Shown one piece after another: positions 22,401 through 34,100 of a stretch of 64,000 bases of DNA (positions are counted from its first letter, which is position 1; every line of letters starts with the position of its first letter). The notes beneath the pieces were generated by a model that saw only the letters and a list, made by a program, of their open reading frames with translations, was not told the origin of the DNA and ran no database searches. The position numbers and the translations under genes were made by a program. The stretch comes from Felis catus (lineage: Eukaryota): the NCBI RefSeq assembly GCF_018350175.1, contig NC_058368.1, positions 192,388,001 to 192,452,000 of the forward strand, in the 5' to 3' direction.

Positions 22401-25400
22401 GGGCTCTACTCACCCACTTCTCTCCCATCATGTTGCCCCCACAGTCCCTGAACAGAGAAATCTGCCTAGCTGGTCTCAAAAGGAGTTTTCTAGTCCTTGA
22501 GCACACCCATGTTCTCTTAATGAGTAGAACGAGTCCCTGCCTGACTCCTAACTATGAGGCCATGGCATCTTTGGCTTCCAACCCTTACCAGAACCACTGC
22601 CCCCTCAAGACACCCCTCATGCCTTCTGAGAGCTGGAGCTATGGAACCCAGCCCACAACATCCTCTACACCCAGTACTGGATAGTGGAGACCCAGAAATC
22701 TCTCAATGCCAAGAGGATGGAGCCCATAGATCAGGGAGCTACTATGCACCGACTTTCTTGCTGATCCTCGGTGGCTCTGAGAAGCCTAATACCACCCAGT
22801 TCCCAGACTAGGCTGGTGCTTCAAACCAGGACCACATAGGGGTGCCTGGGTGGCTCAGTTGGTTAAGGGTCCAACTTCAGCTCAGGTCATGATCTTGCAG
22901 TCCGTGAGTTCGAGCCCCACATCAGGCTCTGTGCAGACAGCTCAGGGCCTGGAGCCTGCTTCGGATTCTGTGTCTCCCTCTCTCTGCCCCTCCCCCCCCC
23001 CAATACATAAAAACTAAAATATTAAAAAAACAAAAACAAAACCAGAACTGGGTAGAGGGAGCCACCCCAGGATCATCTCCCGTGACTATACCTGAGTTAC
23101 GGGAGTAATCACTTCTCCAAGGACCCCCCTGCTTGCTATCAGGACAAGAGCAGGCCAAAGGACCTGCAACTTCAAGCTCGTTAACAAGACGTGGAAAGGG
23201 CGAATCAGGCTCATAGGGCAAGGTGTTCCTGAAGACTTTCCTCGAAAAAGTGAGGCAAAGTTTTTCAGGGCATTGTCTGCTTCTTCTAATAAAAAATAAA
23301 CCTAAGAAAAACTCTTAAAATTGGAAAGAGTCCTATCCTGCGATCACCCTGCCTGACACTCCATTTGCCGAGATCACAAAGGGACGTGGTCAAGTACTGA
23401 AAGTTCAGTCTCTGATTAATGGGAGAGTCATCCTGTCATCCTGGGAAATGTCCCCATTCTCCCACTAGCCCCAAGATGACTAAGGGAATATGGCTAGTCT
23501 GAGCATACACAGGAATATTCAAGTAGTCCTGTGTGAAGTTTGCTGAAAAAGGCCCATCCCTAGCTAGTCTCCCTCTGCCCCCGGGACCTACAGTGCCCTG
23601 CTCTTGCTCTGCTCACAGCTACATCCTCATGCTGCCCCCGCTCCAAGGAGGAACAAAGTCTCCCAGACAGACAGAAAAGTCCACTAGGGAGAGAGGACTA
23701 TTTCTACCTTTACGTAAAATTCCTAGATCTGTTAAGATCCTGTGGGGCTTAAGCAAAGGCAGGAGGGCTCAGTCAGATGCACTGCTCTCAGGCCCTGCGG
23801 GAGACAAGAAAAAACACTCGGCTTTTTGATTTCAATTACACGTCCCTTTCTGGGTCCCCTTCCAGCCATCCTCCTTCACCAGGTAACCAACCAAGAGTCT
23901 CTCTCCGGCTCCCTAATATACAGGGCCTAGCATCTGAAATGGTTCCCAGGGAAAACCAATCCTTTACGCAGGTGCCAGTCCCTAAGTCCAGCATCATCCC
24001 AGCCCAAAGAGGGAACAAGCCCCCTCTTCCCACTTCTGCGTTCTCAAACTTGTGCCAGCTGCCAGTGACCAGAGCCCAGCTCAAAAAACACTAAACTCAC
24101 CACTCTGCATCTGCCCAAGGAAACGACTGTAGAAGGTGAGAAAAAAGGACCCATGGTTCTAATCCCCCCTGTTTGCAGATAGGGAGCAGAGGCCCTCAAG
24201 GGGCTTCCCTAGGGAAGAACCAGGATGACAGCCACAGGTCTCCACTCTTTTTGTTTAAGTGCTCCCTCCAGCTTGCCACAAATCCCATGTTGCCACTGGT
24301 AGGGTCAAAAGTCCTTCCTGGGGGCGGCTGGGTGGCTCGGTGGCTCGGTCCGTTAAGCACGAGACTCTGGATTTCAACACAGATCATGATCTCACAGGTT
24401 CGTGAGTTTGAGCCCTATGTCGGGATCTGTGCTGACTGGGCGGAGTCTGCTTGGGATTCTCTCTCCTTCTCTGCCCCTCCCCCACTCGCACTTTGGCTTT
24501 CACAAAGAAACAAACAAACGACAACCCACTCCTTCCTGGTGCAATCTTAGGGGCGCTTCCCTGGTGTTTCCTGGTAAACAGGGTTACTGAAGACAGGGAA
24601 AGGTTCTCACGTACAGAAGGAAGTAGAACTGTGGAGAGATGGACCCTACTTGAGGCCCAGCATTCTAAGGGAGCCAGATGGCAGACAGAGGCCCTAGGAG
24701 TACCTTCCTCCTGATTAAAACAAGTCGAGGGCTAACAGGCATCTGGAAAAGGAGAAAAGCTACTTTCTGTCCCACAGGAACATCCTGAGCCAGGAGCCAA
24801 TACTGAATGACTCTAGTTCCAGGGGGTGAAGGGGCTTCCCTAAAGACACACAGGCATTTGTGTATTAAATGAAGCACACCAGAATGTCTATGTGTGGTTG
24901 TGGAACACCAGAAGACTATGCACCTGTATCTGCATGGCAAACCCACTATTTTCCCTTCAGATTACTGAGAGCGGTGGGGACCAAGGCAGCTAAACCACTA
25001 TGGCTAATGGAGGATACCGGGAAACAAGGGGGGGCAGAATGTGGGCGTTGAGGGTGAGCAGGGCAGAGAGCGGCTCTCCCTGCAAAGCGGAGAGGCTGAC
25101 TGCACAACACTGACTATCTAACCCTCTGAGGTTCTCTCTTCCTCAACTGTCACCCCTTCATTCAAACACTTGTCTAGGAAAGCAGACAGCCCATCATAAG
25201 AACATGGACTTTGTCATCCACTGCACTTGGCTGGAGGCCCTACATACTCTGTCCCTTAACAAGCCCTTTGAGTTTTGTTTTGTTTTTTTTTTTGAGAGGG
25301 AGAGAGAAGGAGGGAGGGAGGGAGAGTAAGAGAGAGAGAAAAAAAAACACGAGTGGGGGAGGGCCAGAGAGGAAGGGAGAGAGAGAATACCAAGCAAGCT

Positions 25401-28015
25401 CCGTGCTGTCAGTGCAGAGTCCATTGTGGGGCTCGAACCCATGAACCAGGAGATTCATGACCGAAATCAAGAGTTGATGCTTAACCGACTGAGCCACCCA
25501 GGCATCCAGAGAAGCTTTTTGAACTTAAGTTTTCTCATCTGTAAAACTAAAGTCACCATTATCTCATAGGACTGCTGTGACAGTTAAAGGAACAGAGCAT
25601 AAGAGTGCTCAGCATACAGTAATGCTAAATATTTCAATTCAGATTCACACACCAAGTTTACTATGGCCAAGTAACCCTCATCCTCAGGGCTAAAGAGAAA
25701 AAGAGACCATCAAATAATCTCTTAATATGAGAGCAATCAGAGCAACTTCTGGGAATCAAGTGGTTCAATTCACTGATTCAGATTACAAATGCCATCCCCT
25801 GTCCAGCTCCAGCCTGGCCCTTCTTCCGGACACCGCCCTCCAGAAGCTGTCCTGGCTCCAAGGCAGGTTTCCCAGGGGAAGAGGAAAGAAAGAGAGAGGA
25901 TTCACCACAAGTCCTGGGGGGCGGAGTGGGGGTGGTGGTGGGCTGTGACATCAGCCCCTGCTGCAGTAGAGGAAGGAAGAGCACAGGGAAGGCCTGGAGT
26001 TCCCTTTCAGTTGAAGAAATTTAGTGACTCAACTTTTTACTCAGCATGGAAGAGGGACAGAGCTCGCCCTCCAGAATCTCTCTCAGCCTACCCAGGGGCC
26101 AAACCCATCAACACCCACTACAAAGCCAGATAAAAAGAAATATTTTCTATGCTGTCTTGTTCTAGAAACATCCTAATGCTGCTGACCCTTTGAAATAAAA
26201 GCTACCCAGAGGGACTAGATCTAGGAAATCTAAGGAGCAAAGACTTGGTCAAGCAATGGGAAGCCAGTGGTTTTTAGGGTGAGAAGGCACACAGGTTGAG
26301 TCAAACTCTTCAGGTCATGGTAACAAAGAACTAGTACGAGGGAGAAGCTGGAAATGAGACTGGGGGACAAATGTGGGTAAAAGGCAAGACGGGCCTAGGC
26401 CGGATGGGAGAAAGCCTGGGGACTGAGAATGGATGGTCAGAGATCTCGGCCTCAGTGCCAGAAGAATGGGGAGGGCCAAATGTTTATTTTGGGGCTGGCA
26501 CCATCTCCTGGAGATTGGCAGCTGAATAGGCTGAGTTTAGCCTAACCAGAAAGAATTTCTACTTTGGGGAGCAAGGTTATTTATTAGGCTGTATTTCTTG
26601 AGTTGACACTCACTAATCTGTATGTGGCCATGAGGTTAATCTCCTCGGGGACCCTCTCAGACCTCAAGTAAAGTGTACCTCCTACATGCTCTCACAGCGC
26701 TGGAACCGTCACCCCCTATGTGGCTCCTTGAGGCCAGGAAGCAGACCGTTCTGACAGCAGTAATCCCAGCGTCTAGCTCAGGGCCTGGCAATGCGCTGAC
26801 ATTTGTTGAATGAGTGGTAAGTTCACAAAACCCATCTCCTCTATGATTTCACACCAAGGAAAGAGGCTTTGTTTTCCGAGTACTAATTCCTCAGGCTACA
26901 GCTTCATCCTCCACCTTCAGCCACAGCTCTCCGGAGGCAAAGAACAAGTATCGTTGGCACTGCTGGCTTCCAGAGGAACCCCACGCCCAGCCCTGCCTTG
27001 ACTCTGAGGCACCTGATTACCTGAAATCAGAGCTGGGTCCTAGTCCAGACTCCAGCACTCTTCAGTTGTATAATCTTGGGGGGCACTACTGACCACCCTC
27101 TCCGCGTCTCATCTTTCTCAACTGAACAAAAGGTAGTAACATGAGATCTGGAGGGGTGAGGAGAGAGAAGGCAAGACCTCAACCACTGAGATTTCTCATC
27201 AAAGAGATGCTAGCAACAAGCTGTGGTGATAATATTAACAAGTGCACACGATATGTACTAGGCACTTACTAGGTGCCATGTGCTGTTTTAACACTGAGCT
27301 TGTTTTTCTAACTGGTCTCATTTTATTTTATTAAAAAAAATATATATTTTTTAATGTATTCATTTTTGAGAGACAGAGAAAGACAGGGCATGGGCAGGGA
27401 AGGGGCAGAGAGAGAGGGAGACACAGAATCCAAAGCAGGCTCCAGGCTCTGAGCTGTCAGCACAGAGCCCAACGTGATGCTTGAATTCACGAACTGTGAC
27501 ATCATGACCTGAGCCGAAGTCGGACGCTCAACCGACTGAACCACCCAGGCGCCCCATAACTGGTCTCATTTTATAAATGAGGAAACTAAAGCACACGGTG
27601 GAAAGATTATTTGCCAAAGATATTTGCAAACTGAGACCCCAAATGTGGAAGGGAGCAAAACCATCTAAGGGGAAGGTGAGGCAGAAGGAGCCTGGGTTAC
27701 ATCGCCCAACTGTGCTCATCCCTCCTAAGCCAGCCTGAGGACAGAGTCAGGGAGAAAGAGTTTGGGGACCACAGGCCTTTCAGCCTAACCCCACTCATCC
27801 TAACACCCCTTAAGCAGAAACACTCTTCTACCGAGTAAAAAGTACACTGGGTTAACTTCCACACCTTGTTCACCAGTTCTTGTCACTGCCATTGCCGCCA
27901 CTTCTCAGAGGTCTCTCTCTGCCCAGCCCTCCTGCCCCGACTTCCCCCCAGACCCAAGACCTGCAGATGAAACACACGAAGGGACTGGAGGGCATCCATG
28001 CGTGCAGGAGTGAGT

Positions 28016-28113
<98 letters not shown>

Positions 28114-31100
28114 GGGGCTTCAGAACATCAGACCATCTAGAGGCTCTGCTCAAAGGAAGCTGCCAGCCCCAGTGTGAGCCCCTTGGCCTGGGAGGAGGGG
28201 CAGGATTGCTGGGTTCCAGTCACATGATGCTGCCTGGCCTGGACCAGGCCCAACCTCAGTAGACTATCTTTAGCCTGTGGTGACCCAGGCAGCCTGATAA
28301 CCCCACTCTTCATGATCAGACATGGAATCTGCCCCCACAGCTGGTCCTAGCCCCTAAAGTCTGACCAAAAGCTAACTAATAATATTACAACTGGAAGACA
28401 CAAACAGCCAGTGAAGCTCCTGGTCTCCAAGTGCCAGCACCCTAACACAGCCTTTCTGAAGAGCACATATGGTTCTAAATAGAGCAGTAATAATAGTAAC
28501 AACCCCCTTTTACAGGGTGCTAGTCTAAGTTGTTTTGTTATGTGTGATTTTACTAAATTGCCTCAAAAAGACACTATTAGTTCTGTCCCTCAGAAAATGA
28601 AATAGAGGCAAGGAACTTGCCTAGGGTCACACAGTATATATTCTGTGTGACGTTATTCACACATCTCAGCATTATTTTCAGATTTCTTCCAAGGAAGCCT
28701 TCCCTGTTGAGGGCCCATTATAAAGAACTACCCAACTAGCAACTCTGGATCAAGTCCTAATTCAGTCTGTAACCTGGGGTCTTCAGAGCCACCCCCTGAA
28801 ACAGCTGCACTTGTATCTCAACCTCACTAATCAATTACTGAGACTGTATTACATACATCCTTGGAAGGTGCCAAAGTTCTTTACATACGGTAACTCATTT
28901 CTTTTTCACAACCGTTCAAGAGAGGTATGATGCTGATTCCAGGTTATAGAGGAAACTAAGGCTCGGAGAGGCTAAATGACTTGTCCACAGTTCAGCAGGC
29001 TATGAACTTCCGGAGCTGGGACTGAATCCCAGGTACTGCCTGACCCTACCCCTGGGCTTTGTCGGCCTATAACACATCCTTTGTGGACAATGATTGCAAA
29101 CTCCATAGGGTGGGGATCTCTTCCACCATGCCCACTGGCCTCTGAAACCCAGGGTTGCAGCATGTACATGGCAGGCCCACAGTAAACATTTACTGAATGA
29201 AGCAATTTACAGAAGCACAGGTGCTTCTCAAAGAACTCTGAAAGGGAAGAGAGGTTAGTGCCCCTCTGCATTATGACTGAGCAGCACACAGCTGTACAGT
29301 CCAGCAGCTGCAACCCCTTTGGGGTCTAGACCTGCGTTCTGTACTCAGAATTGGAATCAGGGTGCTTTAATCCAAACACCACGGGCCAGCCGTGGAAAAC
29401 AGAGGACCGCGAGGGTATGTGGCAGACGAGCCAGCACAGGAACTTCCCAGAGGTCCCAGACTTAAGCCCCCAGGCCTCGGGCCACACTAGAAATCACAAG
29501 TCTGGCCAGCAACCCCGGCGAGCTGGGAAGCACAGCTATAGCTAAGGGGGTAGCATCTGTGCAAAAGCAGCCAAGGCTCTACCCTCAAACACAGACTTAG
29601 TGTTTCCAGAGCTTCTGAGTTTTCAAGAAAAGTAAAAAAATAGATTAAAAAGAAATTTCTGGCTTTATAAATACTGCTAATCAATTCACATTAAAAAAAA
29701 ACAACCTCTTCCATGCATCATATTCTGCTAGTGGGCTCCTGCATGCTCTCTTGAGGGACAGGCCAAGCACTGGGCAGCTGGGCCCTGGATTTCAGGAGCC
29801 ACCCCTTTCAGGAAGGTTTTGAGGCACAAGTAACCCTCCACTGCCCACCTGACTTCATTGTTCTGATGTGGGAAGCTAGTGACCTCAAAGCTGGTTCCCC
29901 CCCCCCCCGCCCCCCCCCCCCCCCCGTAACCCACCACTTCAGGTAATGCAAATTCACTTTTATTGTCTTAATCTAGGGCATTCTCAAGAGGCTTCTGAGT
30001 CCTCCGCCTTCCCCAAATTACTTTGGATTACCACTTTATTGGAGTGGAGAGGCTCTCAGACCCAGCCAAGGCTAGAAGGGACTTGAGAACTCTTCTCCTT
30101 GTAGAGAGACAGGAAAGCTGAGCCCAGGAGGGACCAGGCTGTGCCCAAAGTGCCCAGTAAATTGTTGTGGAGTTGGCACCGAATATCCAGTTCCTGCCTC
30201 TAAATCCAGAGCTTTTCCAGCTGGTGGGAAAGCCAACTTCCTGCCTCAACAAAATACGCTCTGTTCACCTCGACACTCACTCATGGCATAGGGGCATATC
30301 ATGCATGGGTGAGGTGGGGGGTGGGGGGGGCAGGTTCAGAAACCCAAGCATTCCAGGAACCACCCTGCTGTTTTTAAGATCAACAATTTCTCACATGAAA
30401 TTGTAATATATGACAGAAAAGGAGGGGTGCTCTTGTTGAAATGGATCTAGGAGGGGGACCTCACTTCTGCCCCCATCTTTTTTCATCACACTTCGCCCGG
30501 GAAGGCCAAACCTCTCGGCTCCCTCTGGAAGATGTGGGGTAGGTAAGTCCTGATCACTTACCCATGCAGTATGCCAGGTTAGGCTCCCTCACTAGCCCTC
30601 AGTTTCCTGCTCTCTGAAATCATTGAGCCCTAACAGCTCCAGCCCTGCAGGCTAGGTATACTTGGCAACAGGAAATCCCAGAGAAATGGAAGAGACTTGC
30701 CAGGTACCCCAGAAACAGATGGCAAGTTGGGAGGTCTTAGGTATGGGCTAGTTATACTGATCCAACTCAAAAAGGCAGGCCTTGCTTCCCAGAAGCAGTT
30801 GATCTGCCCCTCTTGAGGGGTCTGGGCCAGGGGACTGCTTCAGTGTCACATGCTACAGCCCGATTGGAAAAGAGTAGAGCCCTGGGATGCCATAGATGAG
30901 GAGACAGGGGCTGCCCCACCTGCAGACACCCCACCCCTTCTCACAGATGTTCTCAAAGCACTGCCAGGTACCCTATTACTCTACTCTACAGTCCCTTCCC
31001 CTTCAGCAAATGTAGTGGGCGGGGGGGCGGTCTGAGTCCTATCCAAAACCCACTCTATCACCAATTTACCAGGCTGCTGGGCTAAGAACAGGACAGAGCA

Positions 31101-34100
31101 GCAGTTAAGAACATGGACTCAAGTTCACCCAAAGATGTTCTAACCACCAGTCTGCATCAAATAAGTAACCCACAAGACCAGGGGACATGGTTAAATCAGA
31201 CCAACCTTTCGTGGAGCTTGTAATTTGATAGGCATCCACTGAGACACACAAGAATGAGCCAAGCAAGCAGGTTCATGATGGAGGCAAAAAGACAATTTAC
31301 ATGGGAAATTCTAGCATCAGACTTAATCTCTCATTGTGAGGTTCATGATAGCTGCTAGCTCACAGATTTACAGCTTAAATGACATCATCATGAAACACAG
31401 AACTATCATAAATACATGGCTATTTTTTTGGCTCTTTGAGGCAACTCCTGAATCTCTCTAGTGCTTTATTTTTTTTTTTTAATTTTTTTTTTCAACGTTT
31501 ATTTATTTTTGGGACAGAGAGAGACAGAGCATGAACGGGGGAGGGGCAGAGAGAGAGGGAGACAGAATCGGAAACAGGCTCCAGGCTCTGAGCCATCAGC
31601 CCAGAGCCTGACATGGGGCTCGAACTCACGGACCGCGAGATGGTGACCTGGCTGAAGTCGGACGCTTAACCGACTGCGCCACCCAGGCGCCCCTCTCTAG
31701 TGCTTTAAAAAAGAGAGAGATGGATAATGGTTGCCAGATTTTTAAAAAATCTCTAATTAAATGTGCGTTTCATATCAGCAAGTAATTTTTCCTATGCAAT
31801 ATTTGGGACATCTTATACTAAAAAACTATCCACCATTTATGCGAAATTCAAATGTAATTGGGTGTCTGGTATTTTTATTTGCTAAACCTGACCACCACAG
31901 GAAGGAAGGAAGGAAGGAAGGAAGGAAGGAAGGAAGGAAGGAAGGAAGGAAGGAAGGGAGGGAGGGAGGGAGGGAGGAAGGACTACTGCTCATGTTCCAT
32001 CACAGTGGGGTAGTGAGCAGGGCCCTGGGCTAGGGAGTCAGGAGACTGGATGCTGGTACTGGTATCCTTGTGGTGGGAGATGGCCATGAGTTCCCACCTG
32101 GGTGTCTTCAGTCTCGCCATTCAGAGGCCTGTGGTTGGGGTGGAGGGGAGCCTGTCATCTGTGGTCCTTCCAGGCCTAACATGCTTTGATTTTTATCCCT
32201 GTATTCACTGATCATCCTAACTACAACTTAATTGAAGCCAGATGTCCAGGGGCACAATCTACCTCCAAAACCACTGCTACAAAGTATATCAGCTCTAAGA
32301 TTTTAATATGCAGAACTACCTATCCTCTGAGGAGCTTATCAAAATGTAGATTCCTGGGTCGCACCCTCCAGAGATTTTTGCTCAGAAATGGTAGGGCCAG
32401 GAATCTGCTAGCTAATTCTAAGGCAGGTTTTCTCTGGACATACTTGGAAATTTTTTAACTTAACCCAGTGAGTTTCAACTGCTAATTCTGATAGGGGTTA
32501 CCAGAACCACAACACCACATTTAATATTTTAAAATCAGGGCTACACTTCTTAAACTGGTAGTGGGTACATGGGTTGTTTTAATATTTTATATTAATTAAA
32601 ATTAGTATTTATCATATCCATATATTTATAATTAAGTTTAATATAATTAATTTGATGATTAAAATTAAAATATTTAATATTTTTAAATTTACATTTATGT
32701 TCTTTTTAAAAGGTACACTTAAGTTCTCTTCTAAAGATTTTATTTTCAAGTAATCTCTACACCCAACATGGGGCTCAGACTCACAACCCCGAGATCAAGA
32801 GTTGCATGCTCTGATGTAGCAGGGCTGGTCTGATGGACACGGAACCCAAGCCCCCTACCCGTTAACCTTCCACTCAGCTGGGGTTTCTGAGCACAAGGCT
32901 ATATGAAAAACCCTCACCTCACAGCTGTGGAAACTGGGAACAGTGAGCTAGCAGGCTGGCAATACCACTTGGCGAAGAGGGGCAGGCTTGGTTTAAATGC
33001 ATACTCCTGGAAGTCCCTCAAGCTCCAGGAATCAGTCTGGTGAGGAAGGCAGAGCTTGGGCATCTGCAGTTTTAACAAGTTTCCGATGCAATGCTGATGC
33101 CAATCAATGTTAGAACGGAGACTGCTGGGAAGGAACCCTGGTCCCCAACCCCCAGTCCAGGGCCTCATGTTTGCAGACACAAATGACCTGGCTCACAAGA
33201 GCAGGAGGGAGAATGTTTTAATTACACACACAAACAGCAGCCACAGGAGGGGTACATGAGAAGCACATCCCCTCCATTTACCCCAGTCCAATCTCTAGCA
33301 TCAGGAATCAAGACTGGTCAGACCAAGAAGCCATAAGCTGAGCGTCCTGACAGATGGGAGGTCACAAAGGATCAATCTGGGCTGGGTTCGGGGTTCAGTT
33401 TCACAACAGGCTCCAGACTATGGCTGTGCATAAGAAGAACGGAGGCTCTGAAGGGAACAGCTTGCCTGCCTCCTTTAACAGCCAGCCAGCCTCCACGCTC
33501 TTAGGCTAAGCCTGCTCTTTGCTCACCCAGCGCCCTGAGGCCTGGGTCCGCTACACAATAATGGCTATCACTTACTAAGCATTCACCTCAAGCTTCCTGT
33601 TGCAGGATTTTTGTGCGTTTTGACCCTCACAATGGTGGAATTACCATCCCAGTTTCAGCGACTGAGTAGCTAGCCAAAGTCACACGGTGAGAAAGTATCT
33701 GACCCAAGAATCTGAAATCTCAGACTACCCTAGGCCTCTTTCAGCACTGCAGGAGATCAGTATTAGGTTCTCAAAGGTCTCCAGCTCAAACCCGTGGGCC
33801 CAACAGGCGACTGAAGCCACCAGCACTAGAATCCACTTCTCTGAGACTATTAGCTTACCTGCCAGGTGGGGATGCCATTCCTCAGCACAGGGGGAAAAGG
33901 GCAAAGCACAGTCAGGAATCAAAGCACTGTTTATCGAAAGGCAATGCTCTAGGGTCACCGGCAAACCAAAGGCCTGAGCCCTCGCCAGCACCAAGCCCAA
34001 GAGGATTTTGCCTCCTCCAGCAGATCAGAAAGCAAAGGATGGAGAAAACTGTAAATACCTTATAGTACAAAGGACAGGGAGAGAGGGGAAAGCGTGGTGG

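Noticed and set aside
29897..29925. Long poly-C/poly-G runs (also about 4902, 7516, 36779, 39979, 42687)
   Set aside because: Simple homopolymers, often SINE-associated and error-prone in assemblies; no evidence of function.
30850..31035. + strand [23 protein letters not shown]... with a possible donor at about 30967
   Set aside because: Looks protein-like, but I recognise no family, see no partner exons and cannot test coding conservation; 61 codons is within chance.
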